This document shows positions 13,246-25,083 of a DNA stretch of 28,560 nucleotides, piece after piece. Position numbers and translations under genes: made by a program. The notes beneath the pieces are model-generated. The model did not search any database. It was not told the origin of the DNA and saw nothing but the letters and a program-made list of their open reading frames with translations. How positions within the stretch are numbered: the stretch's first letter is position 1; each line of letters begins with the position of its first letter. The stretch is from Fonticula alba ATCC 38817 (Eukaryota > Protista > Nucleariida). The stretch lies in assembly GCA_000388065.2 (NCBI GenBank), contig KB932206.1; one strand, 5' to 3'.

Positions 13246-13574
13246 CTGCTCATGGCGATGTGTATGGGTGGCCGGCACGCACACGGGCATATGTCCGGGA
13301 TGCATGGGGTGCGCGTGTTTGCCGCCCCTCGGGGGTGCCGCGCAGCCCGCGGTCCCCCGGGACCGGGCATTTTTGGCCAACCGCCGTGTCACCGCCGTCG
13401 TCCCCGGATTGCTCGTCACCCATGCTTTCCCCCTTCCCTTCAGGTTGGACTTGCCCCCTCCCCCCCCCCCCCGCCCGCCTCTCCTTCATCACCCCTCCCC
13501 TCCTCCCCCCCCCCCCTCCCGCCCCCCAGCGATCCCCTCCTGGCACAAATCCCCCTGTCCATGCGCTGGTTGAC

Positions 13575-16500
13575 ATGAGCCAGGGTGTACGTGAGCGCGT
13601 CCTCGCACATCCCCTTTCGGTGGTCCTCCTGCCCTGTCAAACGCCCGCCCACCTCTGACCGATTGCATCCCCCCCCCCACCCACCTCGCTCCCAGTCCAT
13701 TACCGTCTACCTGCCTGATGGTACGACGCGGACCACATCCGCGTCCAATTCCAGCACCGTCAAGGATCTCCTCCGCCCGCTGCTGCAGAAGACGCAGTTC
13801 GCCTCCTCCGACGAGCATGTCTTCGTCGTGACCAGTCGCTCCGACCCGGAGGGTATGTGCTCCTTCGGTTCCGCCTCCCGACCTGCCTGCCTTGCACCCG
13901 ACTCACCCCCGGCCCCTCGCCCTGCCCTGCCGCCAGGCAAGCGCCTCCAGGATGACGACCGCCCGCTGATGCTGCAGCACTCCTGGGGCACCGGCAACCC
14001 CAGTCGCTCGCGCATTCGCCTGGTCAACCCCCGGGACTATGTGCGGGTCCTGATCCGCGGCATCCCCGAGGCCGGGCCCGACGACACGCCGTACGGCATC
14101 TACTCGTCGCTCAACCAGTCGGCCGAGGTCCTGTGTGATCTGGTGGCCAGTGATCTGGGTCTGGCCAAGCGCCGGAAGTATGTCCTGCTGGATGTCTTCG
14201 GCGGCATGGAGGAGCGCCAGCTCCAGCGCGACCAGAAGCCCCTGTCCATTGCCCTGTCTCTGTCGGAGAAGCTCGGCCTCGGTGCCTCGGAGTTCCACTT
14301 TGTCTTCACCGTTTCCCAGAGCAGCTGGATCTCCAAGTCCCTGGGGCGCCTGGTCGGCACGAACACCGCCAACCCGGCCCCGAGCAACCTGGACGTCGGG
14401 TCCCCCACTATCCAGGTGGGCGCGCCCACCCTTCCGGTCGAGTCGCCGACCACCACGGCCCTGGCGGCCATGACCGGTGTCCCGGCCGGCATCGACCTGA
14501 ATGCCGCCATGCCGGAGCTCTCCGAGCTGGACCAGCAGTTCCTGCGCCTGCTTGTGCGTGTGCCCCCCCCTTGCGCGGACATGGATGGCTCGCCACCCGC
14601 CGGGCCACGGGCCGCGGCCCATGTCCGCCCCTTCTCTCGGGTCCCGCGGCCTTCGGCCCGTCTCGCCCCCCCCCCCTCCCTCTGACCCGCCATTGTCCTT
14701 CCCCCTTTCCCTCCTTCGCCTCCCCAGGATGAGATCAACATCGTCGATCCGAAGCTCCGCGAGCACATGATGTCCCAGGAGCCCCGGCGCAAGTGGGTCA
14801 TCATCATGCAAAATCGCCCGGAGTGGACGGCCCGCGATCGGGGCATCACGTCCGGCGCCTCGGCCCCCGGGCTGCCATCCGGCCCGCAGGCCGGCGCCGC
14901 GCCGGCCGCCACTCGCATCGACCGCGACAAGAGCCCCACGCACTACATCGACATGCTGGGCAATCGGTACGAAGCACCACGTTTTTCCCCCTGCTCTTGG
15001 CATCTTCCCCGATTGCACCCTCCTCACTCTCGTGGGTTTGCCGCCGCCGCCCCCCCCCCTCCCCTCTCGCCCCTCCCTTGGCTTTCAGCAACATTCAGCT
15101 CCGCGAGATCGCCAGTCTGCGTGTGCAGCTGAACTGCGCCACGGCCACGTGGATGAGCGAATTCCTGGAGCTCAATGGTATCGGCAGCCTGGAGTCGCTG
15201 ATGGAGCGCATCCAGAAGCGCATCATCGCCCAGTCTTCGGCCGCTGGGCGCCGGGTTTGCTCGGAGACCGACTCCGATCTGCAGCTGGAGGGCCTGCGCT
15301 GTGTGCGCACCCTGATGAACATCGACTCGGCCCGGTCGGACATCCTCAACCGGCCGGCCGTGGTGCTGGCGATTGCCACCTGTCTGGATGCGGAGAACGA
15401 GCGCCTGGCCATCCTGGCCTGCGAGCTGCTGGCCGGTATTTGCATGTTGCCTGCCGCCTCGGCCGAGGCGGATGCCCTCTCCGGGCATGCGTTGGTTCTT
15501 GATGCGCTGACCGAGCTCCCGTCGCGCATTGGCGAGCCCTACCGTTTCCAGCGTCTGGTCGAGATCGTCGGGTCTTCGCGCCAGGAGTCCAATGAGCTGC
15601 GCACCATCGCCATGAGCCTGATCAATGGTGCGTGCCCTCCCTTTGTCCCTCCCTCCCTCTCTCTTCCCTCGCTCTCATCCTGCTTCTTTTGCACGTTTCT
15701 GTGGGGCTTCCCCCCCCCCCCCTGCCTCCCCTGCCTCCCCCCCTCCCATACTGACTTCCTCCTCGGGACCTTCCTTTGCTCGACCTCCCCCTGTCCGCCT
15801 GCTGTGCCCTTCGCCATCCGATAGCCGTTGTCAACTGCCCGACCGAGCTGGCGCAGCGCCTGCGCCTGCGCGATGAGCTCTCCCGTCGTGGGCTGATGAA
15901 TGTCCTGCGCATTGCCCAGCTGGATGCCACGTCGGACCTGCGCCAGCAGATCCTCCTCTACATGGAGGAGAGCGAGTCCGACCAGCTGGACGGCGTGACC
16001 AATGGCATCAGCGCCTCCTCGCTCAATGACACCGCCGGCAAGACCAGCGAGTCCATGAACACCACCCTGTCGGCGGCGCAGGAGCTCTGCCAGCTGGGCC
16101 GGTCGAACCCAAGCATCGAGGTGCACCTGCTGACCATCCTCCGCACCCTGACCACCCTGGCCAAGCAGACCCCCCAGACGACGGCGACTCTGGGCAGTGC
16201 GGCAGCCAGCGCGGCGGTCCTGGCCAACAAGGCCATGGCCCAGTCGGCTGCCTCGCTGTCCTGGTCCATCCTGGAGCTCCTGTCGCAGTACCTGTCGCAG
16301 CAGTCCCCCGACACCAATCTCGCGGCACCGGATGCCTGGTACAAGTTGTGGTCGTCCTTCCTCAACATCACCGAGGCGGTCTTGCGCATTCCCATCCCGG
16401 AGACCATGCGCCCGGATTACCGGCAGAAGGTGGAGAAGTCCGCCGTGGAGGCCATCGCCGCGCTGGATGCCGCCAACAACCAGATCTCCCGCCTGAACAG

Positions 16501-19413
16501 CGCCATCGAGAGCTTCGACAATGAGCTGGCCTCGCGCGACAGTGAGCTGGCCATTCGCAACCAGGATCTGGCCCTGCGCACGCATGAGCTTGCGATGCGC
16601 GACCAGGAGATCATCAACCGCGACCAGGAGATCGCTCGCCTTCAGGGCGTCGTGGAGGCTCAGGCGGTCGAGATCGCCGCCAAGCCGGTGGCCACTGTTG
16701 CCGCTCCTGCGGTGGCGGCGGGCCCCTGCGCCAAGTGTGCCGAGGGTGTCCCGGTGCCCGCGGCGCCGGCCCCCATCTACATCCTGCAGCCGGGCATGGA
16801 TGTCCCTGCCGGGGCCAATGTCGTCTCCCTGCCGCCGGGTGTGGAGCTCCCCACCCGGACCGTGGTGGTGGCCGCCGCCGATGTGCCCGCCGCTGGTGCT
16901 GGCGCCGGCGCTGTCGGGGCCGGCAGCAGCGGGTCCATTGCCTCCTCGGGCGGCATGTCGGCCTCGCAGCTGCCCCCGCCGCCGGGGGCCTCCCCTACCA
17001 CCAGCCGCTTGAGTGTGGCCACTGATGGCTCGCTGCCATCGCCGATTGGTGGCTCTGGCTCGCCGCTGCCCCCGGCTTCGCCGTCGGCTGCGGGCGCCGG
17101 TGGCCCGCCGCCGTGCCCGCCGCCTCCGGGTTCGGCCGGTGGCCCGCCGCCGCCGCCCCCTCTGCCGGGCATGGGTGGCCCGCCGCCGCCTCCCCCGCCT
17201 CCGGGTGGTCCTGGTGGCCCGCCGCCGCCGCCGCCGCCTCCGGGCATGGGTGCTGGTACGTGGTTCCCCTCTTCCTCCTCGCTGCTCTGTTCTCTCTCTC
17301 TCTCTCTCTCTCTTTTCCTCTGCTCTGCTCTGCTCTCTTTTCTTCTCCTCTCTTTTGCTCTCTTTTCTTCTCCTCTCTTTTGCTCTCTTTTCTTCTCCTC
17401 TCTTTTTCTCTCTTTTGCTCTCCCCTCCTCTCCCCTCCTCTCCCCTCCCCTCCTGACCATCATGCCCCCCCCCCCCTGCTCAGGCCCCGCTCTGCCGCCC
17501 AAGCGCACCATCAAGCCGAATGTCCCCATGCGCCAGATGAACTGGGCCAAGCTGCCTGCCAACAAGATCAAGGATTCCATCTGGAGCGACATCAACGACG
17601 AGAAGGTGTCGGTGGATATCAATGTCCTGGAGAGCTTCTTCCAGCGTGACGCGCCCGCCGCCTCGACCAAGACCCGCCTACAGGGGCTGGACGATGTGGC
17701 CGACGCGCCGACCAAGCCCAACTCGATCACCCTGATCGACTTCAACCGGGCCAACAACCTGGCCATTTTGCTGTCGCGCTTCAAGATGTCCAACTTCGAC
17801 ATCAAGACCGCGGTCTTGAAGATGGACGAGGAGAAGCTCTCGATCGAGCAGCTGCGCGCCCTGCGGCAGTTCACCCCGACCACCGAGGAGGTGGCCCTCG
17901 TGCGCGAGTACGACGGCGATCTGGCCCTGCTGGGCCCGGCCGAGCGGTACTTCCGTGAGATGATCTCCATTTCCAATTTGGAGACCCGCCTAGATGCCAT
18001 GATCCTCAAGCGCCAGTTCGACAAGCTGATGCTGGACCTCACCCCGGAGGTGGAGTCCATCAACAAGGCCAACAACGAGCTGCTCAAGTCCAAGGTCTTC
18101 AAGGAGCTGCTGCAGCATGTGCTGGCCATCGGCAACTACATGAACGGCTCGTCCTTCCGTGGTGGCGCCTACGGTTTCCGCATTGACAGTATCATCAAGG
18201 TGCGTGTGTCCGTCGTCCTGGCCAGCAGAGTGCAGCGCCCGGGTTTTTTTTTTTCTTTTTCTGCTGCATGTGGCTGGGCGCCCTCCTCCGGCCCCCGGCC
18301 TCCGCCTTCCGCGCCCCTGTCCCCTGTTTCTTTCCGGTTCTCCTTCTCTGACCCTGCTCCCTGATTTCCCTCTGTCCCTCTCTGTCTGTTTTTTTTCTGT
18401 TTTTTCTCCCCCCCCCCTCCCCCTGCCTCCCTTTGCCTGTTTGTTTTGCTCTTTCTCTCCCCCCTCTCGCCTCCCTTTGCTTGTTTGTTTTTGTCCTTTC
18501 TCTTCCCCTCTCGCCTCTCTTTGCCAAACCCCAGTTCGCCGAGACCAAGGCCACTCCGAACGCCCCGTTCCCCACGCTGCTGCACTACCTGGCGCACTAC
18601 TTCGACAAGATCGACGAGTCCTTCGTGGACTTCTCCGACACCATGCCCAACCTGGAGCCCGCGTCGCAGACCTCCCTGTCGGGCCTGCAAGCGCAGGTGG
18701 CCGAGCTTCGCCAGAACATCAGCCGCGTGGAAAAGATGCTGGAGCAGATGTCCCGCGTGTCCATGGTTGCCGGCGGCGGGTCGGACGACGCCTTTGCCAG
18801 TGTCATGTCGGCCTTCATTCGCAGCGCCAGCCCTCAGGTGGCCGAGCTGACCCGCCTGCTGGAGGAGTCGGCTGCCGGGTTTAAGAATGTGCTGAAGAAG
18901 TTCGCCGAGGAGGAGCTCAACCAGCCGGAGGACTTCTTCCGGGTGATTGTCAGCTTCTCGCAGGCCCTGCGCCGCGCCCGCAAGGAGAACCAGGAGCAGG
19001 AGGCGCAGAAGGAGGCGGATGCCCGCCGCGCGGCCAATGCCGCCAATGCCCTGGCCGCATCGGCCATTGCCCGCCGGAACAAGGCCGCTGGTTCGGCCGA
19101 GGGGGGTGCCGGTGCGTCGGCCGGCTTGCCGGCTGTCGGGGGCTTGGCCCCGCCGCCGCCACTGGGCCCGGGCGGCTTGAAGCCCCTGGCTCCGATGTCC
19201 CTGTCTGGCGTTCGTGCCGGGGCCAGCCCGGCCTCGCCGGGCCTGGTGCCCAATGCCTCCGGGTCGGATGCCGTGGGCGGCTCGGCCAGCAAGGACTCCG
19301 AGTTCGACAACATGCTGCGCGGCCTGCGCGGCGGTGGCTCGGCCTTCCGCCGCCATCGCCAGTCGGTCATGATCCCGCAGTCGCCGCAGACGCCGCAGGC
19401 GCCGCAGACGTAG
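13575..19413 (+). CDS. Diaphanous-related formin (RA-RA-GBD/FH3-coiled coil-FH1-FH2-DAD)
   Basis: Inferred exons 13575-13586 (start uncertain), 13696-13852, 13937-14553, 14728-14966, 15089-15627, 15825-17255, 17484-18199, 18535-19413, all phases compatible. GBD LLDEINI...KWVIIMQN; FH3 ASLRVQL...WMSEFLELNG, CVRTLMN; poly-Pro FH1; FH2 MRQMNWAKL, RANNLAILL, LAIGNYMNG, GAYGFRIDSIIKFAETK; DAD FDNMLRGLRGGGSAFRRHR. Confidence 0.93.
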
Positions 19414-19696
19414 TGTCTCCCTGTTGGGGGGGGGGGGGGCTTGGTGTCCCGCTTTTCGGGCCCCTCCCTCTCTCCCTCTCTCTCTCTCTCTCTCTGTGCC
19501 TTTCTGTGTGTCCCCTCCGGCTCTCCTCTCCGTGTTTGCCTTTGGCCCCTCTTCCTCATCTCTTTCCCTCTGCACAGACACACATACGCATACAATATAC
19601 AACACCTCAAACAACAAGTTGCGCCTGGCGTGCCGGGGAGGAGGAGAGGCCCGCTCGCGGCGTGCGCGTCTATTTTTCTTCGCGACCAGCGGGCTC

Positions 19697-20539
19697 CTAT
19701 TTCGGGGAGGACCGCCGCCGGCGGCGGTGGCGCCGAGAGGCGGATGGTGACCGGGATCGGGTCCGAGATCGACCCCGAGCGCGGGACGATCGCTCGCGCG
19801 ATCGACGTCGTGAGGTCCGGCCTGAGGAGGATCGCCGGGAGGATCGAGCGCGGGTCCGGCGTCGGGCACGCTCCGGCGAGGAGTCTGAGCTACTGCCATC
19901 GTCGGACAGTGACGATGATGTCCAGCCGGCCGCCTCGGCTGGGTGCCCCGGCCGCCAGCAGGCAGGCAGACAGGCAGACATGGGCGAGGGGGGGGGGGGG
20001 GGGTCATGGTGTGAGGTGCACATGTCACAGGAGGGCGCCAAGCAAACGGGCGGGGCGGAGAGGCTTGCTTCCGTACCTCGCAACAGATCGAAGGCCTGCG
20101 GACTGAGGATGAAGGGCCCAAGATCGACGGTGGACTGACGGGTGTCCGGGAGCCGGGGAAAGGGCACGGCGCCCGGGGGCGGCGATCCGGGCCTCTCATC
20201 TGAAGGTGGCCTCTCGTCGGAGGTGTCAGCCGAATCATCCTCATCGTCGGCCAGCAGGCTGGCCGCCTTCTCGGCGATGTGTCGCTCGAGGACGCTATCA
20301 TAGTACAGCTTGGCGTTCGGGTGATTCGGCTGTAGCTGGAGCACGCGCTCAAAGTCGTCCAGCGCTCGTGCAAGGTGGCGGGTATTGGCCAGAGCCGCCC
20401 CGCGCGCAACGAGACAGTCCAGGTGTTCGGGATCCAGGTCGAGGGCCGAGTTGTAGCTATTGATGGCCTTGTCGAAGTGGCCGGCACGGGCCTGCTCGAT
20501 GCCGGCCACCGTGCTGTTGGGTGCGCGCGCGCGTGTGTA

Positions 20540-20570
<31 letters not shown>

Positions 20571-21342
20571 GGGGGCGACAAAATGAGAAGGGTGCACTGG
20601 CAGCGAGGGCCGAGGCCGAAACAAGACGCACAGCTCGCTGGCCCAGCGCTTCAAGGGCAGGTTATGGCCATGCTGGCGGTCGGCCTGCTGACCGGCGGTG
20701 ACCGCGCCGGCGAACACATCCGGCACACTTTGGCGGAGGCGCGGGCAATGGGTCCAGGGTCAGGGGATGCGCATTTTCTTCTTGGCAGGGGCCACACAGG
20801 AAGGGCGGCAGGGGAGGGAGGGGGGGAGGGAGGGGGGGGGGAGGAGCCGGGCCCGGAAGAAATCCGGCTCGACCGAGGGGACGGGCGAGGAGGAGCGAAA
20901 TATACCTGCTGTTGGAGAAGATGAACGCCCGGTGTCCGGCATAGGGGCAGCCTGGCCCCAGGCCATACAGCGCATACTCCGGCTGACTAACTAGCCAGGC
21001 CTCGATGGGGGCCTGCCCCGGGAGGGGCGGCGGGTCTGTATACGTGTGGGCCTGGTCCACGGCCTCCTGGATGAAGATCTGTCGGACCGGCGGCACAGGC
21101 GAGGGAGCCGGCGCACCGCCCGGCCAGCGGGCCGTGGAAAAAGTCCCTGCCAGGGTACGGTCATCGAGGGACAGGCGCAGATCATCGCCCGGCCCGGCCG
21201 CGTCCGGGCGGTCCCCAGCCCGGCAAGTGCGCCACAGGAGATCCAATCGGCAGTGGACGCGCCCCTCGATCAGCGAGCAATCCGGCCGGGCCTCGGCCCG
21301 GCTCAGTGCCGCAATCACCGCCGGGACGGTCAAGGTGGGCAT
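19697..21342 (-). CDS. TTC14: TTC14-like tetratricopeptide-repeat protein with RS-rich C-terminus
   Basis: Inferred exons 21342(start uncertain)-20906, 20727-20632, 20513-20077, 19938-19697. TPR block YNSALDLDPEHLDCLVARGAALANTRHLARALDDFERVLQLQPNHPNAKLY resembles the TTC14 TPRs as I recall them. Ends in an Arg/Ser-rich tail (RRRSRERSSRARGRSRTRSRSP). The N-terminal exon is poorly recognisable. Confidence 0.7.
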
Positions 21343-22335
21343 CTGGCCGTGTGTCCGTAGGTTCGCGCGCTGGCGTGCACGTGCGCCGGGTATACAGCGG
21401 CCCGCAGGCAAGGTGGGTAAGGGGGGCGGGGGGAAGGTGGCGCGGGGGCCCGGCGGGGAAGGTTATCGGGGGTGGCGAGGGGTGTTCAGGTGGAATGATC
21501 GTCGGGCGGATGGGGCCCATCACCGAGGGGCCACCCTACGGCTTGGGGGCTTTTAGTGGTGCCCGCAAGCTGGGCCGCGAGAGTGGGCATCGGCATTGGC
21601 CTGAAACACCAGCTCACGTGGATTGGCCGTTTGGTGCATTCCCCTCCCCCGCCCCCCCCCCATACCACTGGGGATGGCCCGCAGCAAGAGGGGAGACCGG
21701 CCTTCATCGGCTTGGGGGCCGGCAAACAGGACCAGAATTTGTCTTCTTTTTTTTCTGACAAGCTTTGGTATATTTCATGAAAAGCCAGACCCCCCTCTGT
21801 GTCTGCCTGTCTTCCGAGGCGAGTGCAGTGCGCGGACAGGGGTGCATCGTATGCCGCTACACCGGCAGTGGCGAGAAGATGACAGGGCCGGGCGCGAATA
21901 CAGGAGTTCCGCCACTGAAGGGAGAAAGAGAGAGAGAGGGGGGGGGCAGGATGCGAAAGAGAAGGAGGAAGGGAGGCACCCCGGACACATTTGGGGCCCG
22001 GGGGGCACATAAAGTACAAGGTGAACATCAGCCGGGGGGGGGGGGGGGGAGCCAAATCCCACTGGCTGGACAAGGGCAACCGCAGGGCGACCCCGCCGCC
22101 CCCTTTTTGCACTGGTGGATTTGGGGAGGAAGGGACAGGAACGCGAAGCACAGGGCAAATACGGAGGCGGCGACGGCTGTATGCGTGCGCGGGATGGAGA
22201 GGGGTCCTTGGCTGGATGCGCGAGTGGGAAGGTATCCGGCGGCAGGCATAGCACAGCTGGCGAGCACACAGGCACCGGCACACCCACGCCCACACGGACA
22301 GGCACAGCTGGCGCATGGAGTTCCGCCAGCACCGC

Positions 22336-23011
22336 CTAGAACAGAAGGCAGCGGGGCTTTTTCCGGCGGATGACATCAGTCACGTAGCGAGCGGCCGCGT
22401 GGAAGATCTCATCGACGCCCTTGTTCTCCTTGGCACTGCACTCGAAGAAGCCGGCGGCCCCGATCTTGTTGGCGACGGCCTTCGCTTCGCTGGTGGAGAT
22501 GGGCTTCTGGTCGCGCGCGGCCAGGCTGGCCACGACCTCCGGGTTGTCCCGGAGGTCGGCCTTCGACAGGACCAGGAAGTAGCCCACGCCGTTGCAGAAG
22601 TGCACGACCTCCGGGTGCCACTGCGGGCGGTGAGGCGAAGAGGGGAGGGAGGGGGGGGGGGGAGGGGCGGATTGGCGGAGCAGGGAGCGGCGGCTCGGTC
22701 AGCAGGGGTACCCGGCAAAGGAGGCTGGCCATAGGTCAAGAGGTCCGGGGAGGAGCCTCCACATGTAGGCCACGCGGGGGCACAGCAAACGCCGCGCACC
22801 TTGTCCACGACGTTGGCCAGGGAGTCAGGCTCATCGACCGAAGCGCAGATGAGCACGATATCCGTCGAGGGGTAGGACAGCGGGCGCAGGCGGTCGTACT
22901 CCTCCTGGCCGGCAGTATCCCACATGGACATCTGGACGACACGGTCTTCCAGATGCACCGTGGCAACCCAGCTGTCGAAGACGGTCGGCACGTAGTCCTG
23001 TATGGGGAGGG

Positions 23012-23066
<55 letters not shown>

Positions 23067-23271
23067 AGCGTGCGGATGTGCGTGGGCATGGATGTGGAAG
23101 TGGACGAGGAGAAGGTCGGCCGAGAGACGGCGCAAGGCGGCGACGCACCTCCGGGAAGGAGCGATGACAGAAGACCGTCAGGAGGCAAGTCTTACCACAG
23201 GCACCATCGCCGACAATGACCAACTTGTAGGTCGAGATGGAGGATGCCTTGGTCGTGGTGTCTGTCTCCAT
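22336..23271 (-). CDS. Rho-family small GTPase (RhoA/Rho1/Rho4 group, divergent)
   Basis: Exons 23271-23149, 22997-22800, 22620-22336, all phase 0, 201 aa. [47 protein letters not shown], polybasic RRKKPR plus CaaX CLLF. QEEY and [11 protein letters not shown] resemble fungal Rho4. Confidence 0.95.
23012..23067 (+). repeat. Compound (AT)n(GT)n(GC)n microsatellite in Rho intron 1
   Basis: Read directly. Confidence 0.85.
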
Positions 23272-23308
23272 TTTCTTCAAAAGTAGTCGGGGAAGAGGAG
23301 GGGGGATG

Positions 23309-23336
23309 GGGGGGGGGGGGGGGGGGGGGGGGGGGT

Positions 23337-23367
<31 letters not shown>
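23309..23367 (+). repeat. Long poly-G tract upstream of the Rho start codon
   Basis: About 59 nt of G interrupted by one T, adjacent to an N gap. Confidence 0.85.
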
Positions 23368-23370
<3 letters not shown>

Positions 23371-23386
23371 AGAGAGAGGTATGGCA

Positions 23387-23617
23387 NNNNNNNNNNNNNN
23401 NNNNNNNNNNNNNNNNNNNNNNNNNNNNNNNNNNNNNNNNNNNNNNNNNNNNNNNNNNNNNNNNNNNNNNNNNNNNNNNNNNNNNNNNNNNNNNNNNNNN
23501 NNNNNNNNNNNNNNNNNNNNNNNNNNNNNNNNNNNNNNNNNNNNNNNNNNNNNNNNNNNNNNNNNNNNNNNNNNNNNNNNNNNNNNNNNNNNNNNNNNNN
23601 NNNNNNNNNNNNNNNNN
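23387..23617. other. Assembly gap (N run)
   Basis: Ns. Confidence 1.
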
Positions 23618-24261
23618 GTGTGTGTGTGTGTGGGGAGATTGTCGATTAACGAAAGGGCCTGTGTTGATGCTTGCGCCCGTGACAAGACCCTCTCTGCGGC
23701 CGGGCAGGGACGCGGCGAGGGCGAAGGCCCCCGGGCGGACAAGCCCGGGCGGGGCCGAGAGCGAGCAACAGGCCCTTCTTTCAGGGGTATATGTAACATG
23801 GAGCGAGCAATCAAATGGGGGGCGGGGGGCGGGGGGCGGGGGGCGCGCATGCACGGATGGACGCGGCTCACGGCCCGAGGGCCGGGGGGGACGAAGGTGC
23901 GCACCCCCTGGCAAGTTCGTGCCGGCGGGCTTTCGTCGAAACAGCAATTTGCCAATATTATCCGGAGATCTGGACGACCTACCCTCCCGTGCCCCCCCTC
24001 GGCCTCATCTTCCTCTGTGGCGCACGGGCTCTTGGCCCGTGGCTCGGCGTCGGCCCCGGTCTCGCGGTGCCTTGCTGGTGCTTCTTTGGGGCTCGCTCCT
24101 GGAGCAGGGGCCTCCCGGCGGCTCTTACGGACAACCGACCGATCGAACGCCGCTAGCGCCGCCCCACCCCGGGTCTCTGGCAGAACGGGGCCTTCCTCCC
24201 GGCCTCGATGTCGCAGGCACCCGCCTGGGGGGGGGGGGGGGGCCCCTTGGGCGCGGCATGC

Positions 24262-24609
24262 NNNNNNNNNNNNNNNNNNNNNNNNNNNNNNNNNNNNNNN
24301 NNNNNNNNNNNNNNNNNNNNNNNNNNNNNNNNNNNNNNNNNNNNNNNNNNNNNNNNNNNNNNNNNNNNNNNNNNNNNNNNNNNNNNNNNNNNNNNNNNNN
24401 NNNNNNNNNNNNNNNNNNNNNNNNNNNNNNNNNNNNNNNNNNNNNNNNNNNNNNNNNNNNNNNNNNNNNNNNNNNNNNNNNNNNNNNNNNNNNNNNNNNN
24501 NNNNNNNNNNNNNNNNNNNNNNNNNNNNNNNNNNNNNNNNNNNNNNNNNNNNNNNNNNNNNNNNNNNNNNNNNNNNNNNNNNNNNNNNNNNNNNNNNNNN
24601 NNNNNNNNN
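24262..24609. other. Assembly gap (N run)
   Basis: Ns. Confidence 1.
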
Positions 24610-25038
24610 AGGAGCGGAGGGCAGGCGCGGCGGGCGCGGGCACGCGCTGGACGAATGCCTCGTTCCCAAGGGCCCGAGGGCCTGGTGCACCCCACCGCGG
24701 CCCAGAACCGGCGAGAGGCACCCCGGGGGCCGTGTGCCAGCTCGCTGCCGCCCCCCCCCCCCCCCCGCGGTGTCTTCGTCATGCCTCGAGGCGGTGGTCC
24801 GCCCGCCCGGGCCGGCTCGCAGGTGGTCGACCCGGCGGCGCGGGCCCCCTTCCCGAGGGAGAGAGAGAGAGGGATAGAGAGCCGCGGGCCTCACCGCACA
24901 CGGCCAGCCGTGAGGAGAAGCCAAGACAGAGCACAGCGCCGAAGGCCCGGTCGGCGTGCGGGCCAGGCACCCTTGGAGCCTGCGTCGGGTCTTGTTTTCG
25001 CCTGCGTCATCTTTCTCCCTGGCTCACGCGCGCTCTCT

Positions 25039-25044
<6 letters not shown>

Positions 25045-25081
<37 letters not shown>
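25045..25081 (+). repeat. (CT)n microsatellite
   Basis: About 18 CT units in the Rho/DUF202 divergent intergenic region. Confidence 0.9.

Positions 25082-25083
<2 letters not shown>

Noticed and set aside
23925-24030. CGAAA and a short stem-loop (CACGGGC…GCCCGTG) as a hammerhead ribozyme
   Set aside because: No CUGANGA core at a suitable position; 7-bp GC stems are common in this composition.
23640-24260. Minus-strand frame TEEDEAEGGHG…CQG|GTGCGC as a hidden exon upstream of Rho
   Set aside because: No homology, it lies between two gaps, and Rho already has a normal start at 23271.
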